DNA of 64,000 bases from Gammaproteobacteria bacterium (GTDB lineage Bacteria; Pseudomonadota; Gammaproteobacteria; JASBUN01): positions 1,797 through 65,796 of the forward strand of contig JARRNJ010000017.1 of NCBI GenBank assembly GCA_037385045.1. The letters are read 5' to 3'. Below, piece by piece: positions 54,721 through 64,000 of this stretch. The notes under the pieces are model-generated. The model was not told the DNA's origin. It saw only the letters and a program-made list of their open reading frames with translations, and did not search any database. The position numbers and the translations under genes are program-made. Positions within the stretch are counted from its first letter, which is position 1; every line of letters starts with the position of its first letter.

Positions 54721-55170
54721 ATGCGTTTATCCATTAGTAATGCCCTCGGCCTTGCGGCCGTGCTGCTGGGCACCGTGCTGGCCGGTCCGGCCCAGGCCGG
54801 AGATTCCCATCCCTTTGCCACCGCCCACTACGTGATCCAGGTGAGCGAGGCGGACCCGGCGCGCTGGAACCTGGCCATGAACAATGCCCAGAACCTGCAA
54901 AACGCCTACGGCCCGGACAAGGTGGAAGTGGTTATCGTTGCCTACGGCCCGGGCCTCAAGATGTTGCTGAAAAAGGCCAAGACCGCCAAGCGGGTGGAGA
55001 GCCTGTCCATGGGCGGCGTGGAGTTCGATGCCTGCCACAACACCATGAAGCACATGGCCAAAAAGCTCGGTCATATGCCGGCCATGAATCGGGCGGCCAA
55101 GGTCGTTCCCGGCGGGGTCGTGCGCATCGGCGAACTGGAGCAGAAGGGCTACTCGTACATCAAGCCGTAA
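54721..55170 (+). CDS. DsrE/DsrF-like family protein with signal peptide
   Basis: Start after a GAGGAGGAAGG RBS. Signal peptide ...LAGPAQA/GD. DsrE-like fold pattern (VIQVSEADPARWNLAMNNAQN...VVIVAYGPGL...FDACHNTM). Confidence 0.7.
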   Translation: MRLSISNALGLAAVLLGTVLAGPAQAGDSHPFATAHYVIQVSEADPARWNLAMNNAQNLQNAYGPDKVEVVIVAYGPGLKMLLKKAKTAKRVESLSMGGVEFDACHNTMKHMAKKLGHMPAMNRAAKVVPGGVVRIGELEQKGYSYIKP

Positions 55171-55222
55171 CTCACTCGGTCACGGGGCTGCGGTGTTCAT
55201 CGTGGCTCTGTGGCCGGGCTTC

Positions 55223-55879
55223 TCAAGGCGGCGCCACGCCGTGCAAAAAGATCTCCACCGCATGGCGCACCACCCGCCGCCGTTCCTTGGCCGGAATGCG
55301 CAACTCCTCGCCCAGGAGTCCACGCATGTAGTAGTTGCCTTTGACCATTTCCAGAAACTGCACCGCCGCCAAGTGACAGTCGTCCACCGCCAGCCGGCCG
55401 GCCTCGGTCTGCTCCCTCAGATAGTCGGCTAGCGCGCCGTAGATCCGCAGCGGCGCTGTGGCCAGGAAGATCTCCCGCAGCTGTGGGTTGCGGGCACCCT
55501 CTGCGATCAGCAGCCGGTGCACTCCGAATGCGTCCCTGGACAGGATCAGATCCAGCAGGCGGGTCCCCAGGTCGAACAGAACATCCCCGGGTTCACGTCC
55601 CGCCAGCGCGGGCACGCTCACCTCGCCGAACGCGGTGGCGGCCTTGCGTTCGATGACCGCCCGGAACAGGCCGTCCTTGTTGCCGAACAGCCGGTAGAGG
55701 GTCGCCAGCGAACCGCCGGCGCGGGCAACGATTTCCTGCAGGCTGGCCGCCTCGAAGCCGTGCTGCAGAAACACCTCGGTGGCGACATCCAGGAATCGGT
55801 CGCGGCGCTTCAGGCCGCGTTCACGCGGCTCGTAGTCCGGGTCCGCCGCCTTGAATGGTCTGTTGTGCTCATCGCTCAT
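55223..55879 (-). CDS. TetR-family repressor, divergent from the efflux operon
   Basis: HTH segment FEAASLQEIVARAGGSLATLYRLFGNKDGLF. GAGGAG RBS. Confidence 0.9.
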   Translation of the reverse strand: MSDEHNRPFKAADPDYEPRERGLKRRDRFLDVATEVFLQHGFEAASLQEIVARAGGSLATLYRLFGNKDGLFRAVIERKAATAFGEVSVPALAGREPGDVLFDLGTRLLDLILSRDAFGVHRLLIAEGARNPQLREIFLATAPLRIYGALADYLREQTEAGRLAVDDCHLAAVQFLEMVKGNYYMRGLLGEELRIPAKERRRVVRHAVEIFLHGVAPP

Positions 55880-56009
55880 CGGTACGCGCTGCTCCTCAGT
55901 TCGGGTGTGCCTGCTGTGCCGGGCTCGCCCGGCCCTTGACATGGAGAAATTGTAGTGTAAGATTCGTTACATTCTCAAGCGTAATGTTAATTACACTACG
56001 GAGGGAGCC

Positions 56010-57116
56010 ATGAAGGCCATCAACAAGCGTGCGGCGATTTTGGCCCTGGTCGCGACCGTCGTCAGTGGCGGCGGCTGGTTCGCCTGGCAGTGGTATGCCG
56101 CCAATCGCTACCTCGAGACCACTGATGACGCCTACGTGCGGGCCGACACGGTGGACGTGCGGCCGGAGGTGTCCGGGCGGATCGTTGCCGTATCGGTGCG
56201 GGAGAATCAGATCGTGCACAAGGGGCAGCCGCTGGTGAAGATCGATCCGGGAGATTTCCGCGCCCGGTACCGCCAGCAGCAGGCCCGCCTGGACGTCGCC
56301 TGGGCGTCGCTGGCGGACGTCTCCGAGCAGATCGGATTGCAGCAGAAGAAGGTGGACCAGGCGCGGGCCGGCGTCGAAGGCGCCCGCGCCGAGCTGCGGC
56401 GCGCGACCCTGGAATTGCGCCGGGCGAGGGCCCTGGAGCGCAAATCCTACGGCTCCAAGCAGCGGCTGCAGAACGCCCGCGCCGCGTACCAAGTCGCCAA
56501 GGCCGGACTGCGCAAGGCCCAGGCGGAACTCGCCGCCGCCCGGCAGATGCGGGCCGTGCTGCGCGCTCAACGCTCGCGGGCCAAAGCCGGTGTCGAGTCT
56601 GACAAGGCGGCCCTGGCCTACGCCAAGCGCCAGCTGACCAAGACTACCATTCGTGCGCCGAGCGACGGCGTGGTCGGGGATCTGGGGGCACGCCGGGGGG
56701 CGATGGCACAGCCGCAGGTGACGCTGTTGCGCCTGGTCCCCATTCACAATGTTTATGTCACGGCCAATTACAAGGAAACGCAGATTGCCCGCATGTCCAT
56801 CGGTCAGCCGGTGACCCTGCACGTGGACGCCCTCCCGGATGTCACCTTCCACGGCGTGGTCGAGTCCCTGGCGCCGGCCACCGGGACGCAGTTCAGCCTG
56901 CTGCCGACGGACAACGCCACCGGCAATTTCAACAAGATCGTGCAGCGGGTGCCGGTGCGGATCCGGGTGACCGGGCCCAAGGCCAGCCTGGCGCGCCTGC
57001 GCCCCGGGCTGTCGGTGGTGCCCGCGGTGGACACGCGGCGGTTCCACACGCAGCTGTCGTACCTCGCCGACTCTCAGTCGGTCGCGGAGCGCAGCCGCGC
57101 AGCCGCGCGCCATTGA
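56010..57116 (+). CDS. HlyD/EmrA-family membrane-fusion protein
   Basis: N-terminal TM, TDDAYVRAD, long coiled-coil hairpin, IRAPSDGVVG, and VQRVPVRI. Confidence 0.92.
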   Translation: MKAINKRAAILALVATVVSGGGWFAWQWYAANRYLETTDDAYVRADTVDVRPEVSGRIVAVSVRENQIVHKGQPLVKIDPGDFRARYRQQQARLDVAWASLADVSEQIGLQQKKVDQARAGVEGARAELRRATLELRRARALERKSYGSKQRLQNARAAYQVAKAGLRKAQAELAAARQMRAVLRAQRSRAKAGVESDKAALAYAKRQLTKTTIRAPSDGVVGDLGARRGAMAQPQVTLLRLVPIHNVYVTANYKETQIARMSIGQPVTLHVDALPDVTFHGVVESLAPATGTQFSLLPTDNATGNFNKIVQRVPVRIRVTGPKASLARLRPGLSVVPAVDTRRFHTQLSYLADSQSVAERSRAAARH

Positions 57117-57141
57117 GTCCGACCCGGCGGAGACACCGACC

Positions 57142-58686
57142 ATGCCGCACACTGACACTCTGCCGCCGATCCGCCAGCGCATTGGTTTTGTCGCGGCCCT
57201 GATCGGCATGTTCATGGCGATTCTCGACATTCAGATCGTCGCCAGTTCACTGAACGAAATTCAGGCCGGGGTATCGGCGACCCCGGACGAGATTTCCTGG
57301 ATTCAGACCGCTTACCTGATCGCCGAAGTAATCATGATCCCGCTGTCGGGCATGTTGACACGGGTGTTGTCCACCCGCGGCGCCTTCGTCGTGTCGTGCC
57401 TCGGTTTCACCCTGGCCAGTCTCGGCTGCGCCCTGGCCCATTCTCTGGGCACGCTGGTGGCACTGCGGGCAGTGCAGGGGTTCATCGGCGGGGCCATGAT
57501 CCCGATCGCCTACGCGGTCAGCTTCGGCATTTTCCCCAAGCGGGTGATGGGCATCGTGCAGGCGGTGATGGGTCTGACCGCCACGGTCGCCCCGTCGATC
57601 GGCCCCACGCTCGGCGGCTACATCACCGAACATGCCAGCTGGCACTGGTTGTTCCTCGTGAACCTGCTACCCGGTCTGGTGGCGGCCGCCGGCGTGTGGT
57701 TCTTTCTCGATCTCGACAGGGCCGACCGGAAAGCTTTGCGCCGCATCGACTTCGTTGGCCTGGCGTTAATGGGGATTTTCCTCGGGGCGCTCGAGTATGC
57801 GCTGGAGGAAGGGCCGCGCGACGACTGGTTCAGCAGCCGCACGATCACCCTCACCGCCGCCGCCAGTGTCTTGGCCGCAGTCCTGTTCCTGGTGCGCACC
57901 CTGCGGGCGAAACACCCGATCGTGGACCTGTATGCGTTCCGGAACCGGAACTTCGCCCTCGGGTCGGCGCTCGGCATGCTCGTGGGTGTGGCGTTGTATG
58001 GGCTCGTCTACCTGATGCCGCTGTATTTCGGCGAGGTGCGCCACTTCAACAGCCTGCAGATCGGCGAGGTCATGTTCGTCACCGGCGCCGCCATGTTCCT
58101 CACCGCGCCCGTCGCCGGACGGGCGTCGGACAAGGTCGACCCGCGCATCCTGCTGACCATCGGCCTGACACTGGTCGGGGCCGGTTCGCTGCTCAACGCC
58201 AACCTGACGGCACAGTCGGGCTACTGGCAATTCTTCTGGCCCCAGGTGGTGCGCGGCGCCGGCCTGGTGTTGTGCATGATTCCCATCACCCGCATTGCGC
58301 TGGGGACCCTGCCGGCCGACGAGCTCAGCAACGCCAGCGGCCTGTTCAATGTGTTGCGCAACCTGGGCGGGGCGTTCGGCCTGGCGATGATGGACACTTT
58401 TCGGGACGCGCGCTTCGACTACCACTGGTCGCAGTTGATCCCGTCGGTCGATACCGCCCGCCCGGTGGTGGCCCACCAGCTTCACCACATCCAGGCGCTG
58501 CTTGCCGGTGCGGTGCCCGACCCGGCCGCGGCCGCGGTCAAGGTGCTGGGCCAACGGGTCGCGGTTCAGGCGCAGACGCTGGCGTTCAACGACATTTTTC
58601 TGTGGCTGGGCGCCGCCTATCTGGCGGCGGTGCCGCTGATGTTGTGGATGCGCAAACCCGCCGGTGCGGCCGTGGCTGCGCATTGA
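57142..58686 (+). CDS. MFS drug efflux transporter, DHA2 (EmrB/QacA, 14-TMS) family
   Basis: 514 aa. LDIQIVASSL, motif A-like GMLTRVLSTRG, motif C-like region, 14 hydrophobic segments. Confidence 0.93.
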   Translation: MPHTDTLPPIRQRIGFVAALIGMFMAILDIQIVASSLNEIQAGVSATPDEISWIQTAYLIAEVIMIPLSGMLTRVLSTRGAFVVSCLGFTLASLGCALAHSLGTLVALRAVQGFIGGAMIPIAYAVSFGIFPKRVMGIVQAVMGLTATVAPSIGPTLGGYITEHASWHWLFLVNLLPGLVAAAGVWFFLDLDRADRKALRRIDFVGLALMGIFLGALEYALEEGPRDDWFSSRTITLTAAASVLAAVLFLVRTLRAKHPIVDLYAFRNRNFALGSALGMLVGVALYGLVYLMPLYFGEVRHFNSLQIGEVMFVTGAAMFLTAPVAGRASDKVDPRILLTIGLTLVGAGSLLNANLTAQSGYWQFFWPQVVRGAGLVLCMIPITRIALGTLPADELSNASGLFNVLRNLGGAFGLAMMDTFRDARFDYHWSQLIPSVDTARPVVAHQLHHIQALLAGAVPDPAAAAVKVLGQRVAVQAQTLAFNDIFLWLGAAYLAAVPLMLWMRKPAGAAVAAH

Positions 58687-58739
58687 TCCGATCCTTGCAC
58701 GACCCGACGGTCTGACCGCCTTTGCAACAGGAGCATCCC

Positions 58740-60008
58740 ATGAAACGCTTGCTGGTGATTTCGCTTTGTCTACTGACGCCTTTGGCCGCCGCTGCCGGGC
58801 CCATGCACAATCTGGCCGCGGCCGCCGCAATCGCGCTGCGGCACGACCCGCGGATCGCCCGCGCCGGGGCGCGCTTGCAGCAGCAGCGCGCCGGGCGCGA
58901 TCAGGCGCTTTCAGGTTACCGGCCCGACGTGTCGCTGGTCGCCTCCGCCGGACGGGCCCGCTACGACGCCAATCGTTATGACGACCCGGCCCGTGCGCCG
59001 AAGATGCTGGAGTTGAGCGTCGATCAGCCGGTGTATGACTTCGGCCGCACCTCGGCCGACGTGCGGGCCGCGGAAGCGGACGTACTGGCCGCTGGTGCGG
59101 GCCGCTCCGCTGCCGTCATCGACGTCATCCGCGACGCGGCCATTGACGCCCTGGGCGTGGACCTGGCGCACCGCCGGCTGGCCACGGAAACGCACAACCT
59201 TCGCGTGCTGGGGCGGCGGTTGGCGTACACCCGGGCCAAGTTCAAGGCCGGCGACTTCACCGGCACCGATGTGGCCCAGGCCCGCGCCCGTTATGCGCAC
59301 GCCCGGGCCCGCCGCCGGCGGGCATCTGCGGCCGTCTTGCAGGCGCGAGCGCGGCTGCAGCGCCTCACCGGGTCGCCGGTCGACGTCAGGCTTGCGCGGC
59401 AGCCGGCGATCCGGGTTCCGGATACGCTGGGTGAGGCGCTGGCGGACCTGGATTCCCACCCGGCGGTGACCGCGGCCAGGCAATCGCTTTTGGCCGCGCG
59501 GCAGTCGCTGGCCCGGGCCCGCGCGCAACTGCGGCCTCGAATTGACCTGATTGCCGCCGTGGGGCGCGACGAGCAGACGCGCTTTTCGGACACGGCGACC
59601 GGCTACTGGCAGGCGCGTTTGCAACTGCGGGTGCCGTTGTACGCCCAAGGCTGGAACCGGGCCGCCGTCCGCCGCGCTCAAGGCCGGTTGAGCGAAGCCG
59701 AGACGCAGCTGACCTCGGTGCGCCGTCGGCTGAAGGAGCGCGTGCGCCGGGCCTGGTCCGCACGCGCGGCCGCCGCCGACGAACTCTCGGCGGCCCGGGC
59801 GCAACAACGGGCCGCGACCGTGGCGTTGGCGGGGGTGGAATCGGAGTTGGCGCTCGGTTCCAGGACCGTCGTTGACCTGCTCAACGCCCAGCAGGAACTG
59901 CGCGATGCCAGGTTGGCGGTGCTGGGCGCGCGCTACCGCCGGGCGGTCAGCGGCTTGCGTCTGCTGGCGGCAACGGGGCGGCTGCGACTGGCGAGTCTGC
60001 GCCGCTGA
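58740..60008 (+). CDS. TolC-family outer-membrane efflux protein
   Basis: Signal peptide, then two repeats of the TolC alpha/beta pattern (...YRPDVSLVAS..., ...LRPRIDLIAAVG...). AGGAG RBS. Confidence 0.9.
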   Translation: MKRLLVISLCLLTPLAAAAGPMHNLAAAAAIALRHDPRIARAGARLQQQRAGRDQALSGYRPDVSLVASAGRARYDANRYDDPARAPKMLELSVDQPVYDFGRTSADVRAAEADVLAAGAGRSAAVIDVIRDAAIDALGVDLAHRRLATETHNLRVLGRRLAYTRAKFKAGDFTGTDVAQARARYAHARARRRRASAAVLQARARLQRLTGSPVDVRLARQPAIRVPDTLGEALADLDSHPAVTAARQSLLAARQSLARARAQLRPRIDLIAAVGRDEQTRFSDTATGYWQARLQLRVPLYAQGWNRAAVRRAQGRLSEAETQLTSVRRRLKERVRRAWSARAAAADELSAARAQQRAATVALAGVESELALGSRTVVDLLNAQQELRDARLAVLGARYRRAVSGLRLLAATGRLRLASLRR

Positions 60009-61005
60009 CCGGCGCCGGTTCGCGCCCGGCTCCGGCAATGCCGCTGCTGTGCTCGTTCAGGTGAACGACCAACGACACGCGGCGATTGCGGGCCCGGCCC
60101 GCGGCGGTGTCATTGCCGGCCCGGGGCCGGGTGTCGGCGTAGCCGATGGCGCGCAGCCGGTCGGCGCTTACACCACACTGGATCAGGAACCGCGTGACGT
60201 TGGTGGCGCGGGCGGCGGAAAGCTCCCAGTTGGACGGATAGCGGGCCGTGTGGATGGGCCGGTTGTCGGTATGGCCCTCCACCGACACTGGGTAGGCGCT
60301 TTGCTTTAGCAGTTCGGCCACGCGCTCGAGGACCTGCCGCCCGGCGGGTTTGAGGTCGGCACTGCCCGCATCGAACAATACGTCGTCCTTGATCACCAGG
60401 TTGACCTTGGTTGCCGTGCGGGCGACCTCCACCTGATCGCGGATATCCGCCGGGACCACGAAGGCTGTCGCGGTAGCCGGCGAGGCGAGGTGGGCCGCCG
60501 GCGCAGCTGACGCCGGTTGCGCGGTGGGCCTGGCTTCGGGTTTCGCGGGCGAAGCCCCGCTGCGTACAGCGGCCGCCACTGTCAGGTCGATCGGGTTGAA
60601 CAGGGCGTTGCGCAGCTGTTGCCCGAAATCGGCGGAAGGGCCCGGGGCATGGCGCCTGGGCGTGGCCGTAGCGGTGCTGTTCGACGTGTGGCCGACGGGC
60701 TTGCGGGCATTGGCGGCGGCCGGCGTCGGCGCATGCCGCGGCGCCACCGGGCTGCCAGTCGGTTCGGTTTTACTGGATGGTGTGGAAACATGGGCCACGA
60801 CCGACGCCGGGTCGGGTTTTGTCGGATCAGGTGTTCGCTGCACCACCAGCAACACCACGAACAGGGTCAACAGCAGCATGAGGATGTCGACGAAACTGAC
60901 CATCCAGCCGTCGCTCTCGGGCGGCGGATCGACATCCGCCGGCGCCGCGGCGAAGTCGTAGCGTACCGGGTGGACAGGCGCCGGAATGGGGCCGGTGGGC
61001 CGCAT
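59947..61005 (-). CDS. MotB/OmpA-family stator protein with long Pro/Ala/Thr linker
   Basis: TM with the conserved Asp (WMVSFVDILMLLLTLF). C-terminal OmpA-like domain VEGHTDNRPI...SNWELSAARA...NRRVSLVV. Confidence 0.88.
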   Translation of the reverse strand: MRPTGPIPAPVHPVRYDFAAAPADVDPPPESDGWMVSFVDILMLLLTLFVVLLVVQRTPDPTKPDPASVVAHVSTPSSKTEPTGSPVAPRHAPTPAAANARKPVGHTSNSTATATPRRHAPGPSADFGQQLRNALFNPIDLTVAAAVRSGASPAKPEARPTAQPASAAPAAHLASPATATAFVVPADIRDQVEVARTATKVNLVIKDDVLFDAGSADLKPAGRQVLERVAELLKQSAYPVSVEGHTDNRPIHTARYPSNWELSAARATNVTRFLIQCGVSADRLRAIGYADTRPRAGNDTAAGRARNRRVSLVVHLNEHSSGIAGAGREPAPVSGADSPVAAAPLPPADASR

Positions 61006-61011
61006 CGCCGT

Positions 61012-61824
61012 TCAGGCCGCCTTGAGCATGGACGGCGCGGCCGGGGCGGCGTCGTGCTGCTGCAGGACGTAGGTCGTCAACGCCTCCTTGATCACGGTCG
61101 GGTGGCGGCGTTGATAGAGCAGGACGATGCCCTCGACGATCATGTTCATGACCATCACCCGGTGCTGTATCCGCCGCTCCATCTTCATGGCCAGGGGCTT
61201 GAACACCATGTTGGCGAGCACCAGGCCGTAGAGGGTGGTGATCAGGGCAAAAGACATGGTCTGGCCGATCACCGGCAGGGCGGCGTGGCCCAGATTGCCA
61301 AGCATCTGGATGAGGCCGAACAGCGTGCCCAGCATGCCGAATGCCGGAGCAAAGGTGGCGAGGGTGCGCAGTATATGCGCGTCGCCCTGCTCCTTGGCGC
61401 GCACTGCGGCGATGCGCCATTGCATGACCTTGACGATGTCGTCCAGCGGTTCGCGGTCGATGACCAACTGCGCGCCGGTGCGCAGCAACGGATCGCCGAC
61501 CTGGTCGAGCGCCTGTTCGGCGGCGGCGATATTGCCGGCGCGGTGCCAATGGGCCACGTTCAACAGCTGGTTGAGTTCATCGTCGATGCTCACGTCGTGG
61601 TCGTGAAGCAGCGTGCGCAGGGATTTCAGCACCCGCAGCACGTCGGCGGCCGGCCGGCTCACCAGGGTGGCAGCCAGGGTCCCGCCCAGGACCATGAGCA
61701 GCCCGGGGAGATTGAACAGGGTGGCCAGGTGCTCGTGGGAGACCGTGGCGGTCACAGTCAGGATCATCAGCCCGCCCAGCAGGCCGATGAGGGTCGATTT
61801 GCGCGTCGCGGTCATTCGGTGCAT
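61012..61824 (-). CDS. MotA/PomA-family proton-channel stator protein
   Basis: Start after an AAGGAGG RBS. 4 TM helices. FAPAFGMLGTLFGLIQML and ALITTLYGLVLANMVFKP. Confidence 0.88.
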   Translation of the reverse strand: MHRMTATRKSTLIGLLGGLMILTVTATVSHEHLATLFNLPGLLMVLGGTLAATLVSRPAADVLRVLKSLRTLLHDHDVSIDDELNQLLNVAHWHRAGNIAAAEQALDQVGDPLLRTGAQLVIDREPLDDIVKVMQWRIAAVRAKEQGDAHILRTLATFAPAFGMLGTLFGLIQMLGNLGHAALPVIGQTMSFALITTLYGLVLANMVFKPLAMKMERRIQHRVMVMNMIVEGIVLLYQRRHPTVIKEALTTYVLQQHDAAPAAPSMLKAA

Positions 61825-62133
61825 GGCTGCCCTCCTTAATGACCCTGACCTCAGCAAGTTTCGTACCCGTGCTACAACGTGCGCCGGGTTGACGAACCAA
61901 TGCATTGAATTACGGTCGGAAATTGAATCGTTGCGTGCTGCTGGCGGCAATGTCGGCATGACGCCGACGGGGCGGGGCGGCAAATGATTGCCTCCCGACG
62001 CGGCAAGCGGGTGCGCACGATCCCATACCCGCTCCGGGGTTGGTGGCCGGCCGTGCGCGGCGGGGGCGAAGCGGCCATAATGAAGGGTCGGGGACCGGCC
62101 GAGCCGGCACCCGGAGCGACTCAGGAGACTGGC

Positions 62134-62286
62134 ATGGCAGATACTTCAACAGGCTGGACCCGCAACCAGGTCATCGGTCTGTCCGTGTTTGTTGCCGCCG
62201 TGATCGCATCGGCGGTCATGATCGGCATGGGCGTCAACGGCATCCCATTACCCCGCTGGCTGGTGGCTCTGGCAGGCATACTGTGA
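62134..62286 (+). CDS. possible 50-aa single/double-TM peptide
   Basis: AGGAG RBS 6 nt upstream. MADTSTGWTRNQVIGLSVFVAAVIASAVMIGMGVNGIPLPRWLVALAGIL. No homology recognised, so it could be spurious. Confidence 0.35.
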   Translation: MADTSTGWTRNQVIGLSVFVAAVIASAVMIGMGVNGIPLPRWLVALAGIL

Positions 62287-62337
62287 CGTTCCTGCGGGGC
62301 TGCCCCGGGTGCGGTTGGCCGATGGCGCCGCCGCGCG

Positions 62338-64000
62338 TTACTCCAGCGGCCGGTAGCGCTCAAGAAAGCGTTTGAATTGCTTCCGCAACCCGTGCTCATA
62401 GCCGAACCGGTCGCCGTCCTCGCGGCTGATACCGGTGTGCGTATTGGCTGCGGCACCGCTGGCGCAATCGTAGTACTGGTAATCCACGTAACGGGATTGC
62501 TGGCCGCCCGGATTGGATGCCGCCCCGCCGACGATGACGCGTTCGGCGCCGGTTTCCTTGCACAGGGCCTTGGCGGCGGTATGGTCGCTGCCGTCGTAGA
62601 CCAGCGCCCGTACCGATGCACCTGAGCGCACGGCGCGGATACGTGCGCCCGGAATCGCTTTGATCGTGCGGCGCATCAGGCCGGCGAAGTTTTCCGAAAA
62701 GCTCGCCACCGTATCCGATTCGGGGTCGCCAAGATCGTAGGATCCCGGTTCGGCCCAGGCGGCGATGGCCACCGAGTAGCGCGCCCGGCGTGGAGCCGCG
62801 GCCGCGGTCGGTTGGGCCGCCGGGTGGCGCTGGTGCTCCGCGCGCTGCAGGAACTGGCTCACCGGCCCCAGCGCCAGGGCGAAGTTCACCCCCTGGGCGC
62901 CGACATACCCCATGCTGTTGACGCCGATGACCTTGCCGCTTGCCAGGTGAATCAATGGCCCGCCGCTGTTGCCGGGATTGAGCGCGGCATCGGTCTGGAT
63001 CACCGGCGTGCCGTCCATGTCGCGCAGGGAGCTGATGATGCCCTTGGAGACCGAGTCCTCCAGGCCCACCGCCAACGGCGAGCCGATGGCGATGACTTCG
63101 TCGCCCACCTGGTAGGCGCTGAACTTGGGATCGATCTGCAGATGCGGCGCGTGTTTCAGCGGCACCTGCAGCAACGCCAGGTCGGCCCAGTCATCGCGGT
63201 AGATCACCGTCGGTGTATATTCCTTGCCGTCCGGCAGTTTGACTTTCAGGGATTCCGCGCCCCGCACCACGTGGGCGTTGGTGAGAATCAGTCCGTCATC
63301 GCTGATGAAGAATCCTGAACCGTGCCCATCGCCGGGCGCCTCGCCGCTGCCGACCACCCAGGGATTGCGGCTGCGTTTCTTGGCCTTGAAGATGATGGTG
63401 ACCACGGCGTCGGTGAAACGGGAATAGCGCGAACGCATCGCCGGCTTCAGTTCGCCGGTCACCCGGACCTGGGCGTCGGTCACACCCCGGCGCAGCAGGG
63501 CCAATGCCTGCGGGTCGGAAAGAATCTGCTGGACGATGTCGTGGAACGCCTTCTTGTAGGCATTCTCCAGGGCCACCTGGTCGTTGACCATGCCGGAGCT
63601 GGCGCTGCCGGTGGCTTCCCAATGCCCGAAGGGCTGGCCGTTTCCGTAGACGATATCGGTGCTCACGTGAGCTTTGTAAGTGCCCCAGTATGTATCCACC
63701 GAAGCCTGCGAGCGTACCCGGATGGTGAAGTGGGGATCGCGGATCTCGCCGCGCATGGCGACCTTGCGGAACACCTTGGAGAACAACGCCACTGCGGTTT
63801 TCTTGATGGCGGCGCCGTCGTCCAGCGCCCATGCCCGGACCTGGATCTTGCGGCGGCCTTCCCCGACCGGCACGGCGATCTCGGCCCGGGCATCGATGGG
63901 CAATGAAACCGCCTGGGTTGGTTTGACCTGAAGATCCTTGACGTTGATCGGTGTGGCCGTGCAGCCGGCAAGCAACGCCGCAACCGTGATCAAGACCAGC
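62338..64000 (-). CDS. S1C (DegP/trypsin-like) serine protease lipoprotein, 5' end outside the window
   Basis: Lipobox LLAGC lies at the window edge. Catalytic contexts LTNAHVV, DLALLQV and GNSGGPL. Large unassigned N-terminal (~210 aa) and C-terminal (~170 aa) domains, no PDZ recognised. Confidence 0.85.
   Translation of the reverse strand, partial: LVLITVAALLAGCTATPINVKDLQVKPTQAVSLPIDARAEIAVPVGEGRRKIQVRAWALDDGAAIKKTAVALFSKVFRKVAMRGEIRDPHFTIRVRSQASVDTYWGTYKAHVSTDIVYGNGQPFGHWEATGSASSGMVNDQVALENAYKKAFHDIVQQILSDPQALALLRRGVTDAQVRVTGELKPAMRSRYSRFTDAVVTIIFKAKKRSRNPWVVGSGEAPGDGHGSGFFISDDGLILTNAHVVRGAESLKVKLPDGKEYTPTVIYRDDWADLALLQVPLKHAPHLQIDPKFSAYQVGDEVIAIGSPLAVGLEDSVSKGIISSLRDMDGTPVIQTDAALNPGNSGGPLIHLASGKVIGVNSMGYVGAQGVNFALALGPVSQFLQRAEHQRHPAAQPTAAAAPRRARYSVAIAAWAEPGSYDLGDPESDTVASFSENFAGLMRRTIKAIPGARIRAVRSGASVRALVYDGSDHTAAKALCKETGAERVIVGGAASNPGGQQSRYVDYQYYDCASGAAANTHTGISREDGDRFGYEHGLRKQFKRFLERYRPLE

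Noticed and set aside
1-64000. Searched for transposases, integrases, phage genes, toxin-antitoxin pairs, known defence-system genes, rRNA and tRNA
   Set aside because: No ORF translation shows DDE/HUH/tyrosine-recombinase motifs or defence-system hallmark domains, and no rRNA- or tRNA-like sequence was recognised. The only mobile-looking DNA is the non-autonomous repeat family.

Overview
High-GC chromosomal segment that looks proteobacterial, possibly from a gammaproteobacterial sulfur-oxidiser (inference from gene content only). I support about 60 intact genes. I recognised no rRNA, tRNA, CRISPR array, transposase or phage gene. Main blocks, in order: (1) a DUF2157/DUF4824-like membrane pair and a hydrolase. 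(2) An MCP, bacteriohemerythrin and cytochrome c' sensing cluster. (3) A seven-gene minus-strand TonB-dependent uptake operon with overlapping start and stop codons. It encodes receptor, DUF4198-like protein, NapH-like polyferredoxin, UreH/DsbD_2-like permease, ExbB, ExbD and TonB. (4) A c-di-GMP operon (PAS-GAF-HD-GYP, REC-CheC-like, PAS-GGDEF), plus two further GGDEF genes flanking an orphan ParA. (5) An orphan glcF. (6) A C1-nitrogen island: a CynR-like LysR regulator, cyanase cynS behind a structured terminator-containing leader, and a methyltransferase. The island ends in what I read as a decayed thiocyanate hydrolase (SCNase) locus. In that locus scnA and an activator-like gene are intact, scnB is fragmented, and scnC has lost its metal-binding cysteine cluster and carries an in-frame TAG. 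(7) A cytochrome b561 / SQR-like pair. (8) An ECF sigma unit, NnrU, flavin reductase, transglutaminase-like protein and OsmC. (9) A gene-decay zone, then an MBL hydrolase and a nitrilase. (10) recQ, bcp, and TetR/O-methyltransferase/GNAT/NUDIX genes. (11) A TorF-type porin and a cNMP-binding coiled-coil protein. (12) An SHP(DUF1924)/DHC/cytochrome b cluster. (13) A TetR-EmrAB-TolC efflux unit. (14) An orphan MotAB pair and an S1C protease lipoprotein that runs off the window. Two features recur. Several genes are internally deleted, frameshifted or truncated (scnB, scnC, flavin reductase, GFA, HDOD, and AraC, sigma and SDR fragments). A REP-containing composite repeat is present in two copies. 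All family assignments rest on motifs I can read plus remembered homologues; no database search was run.
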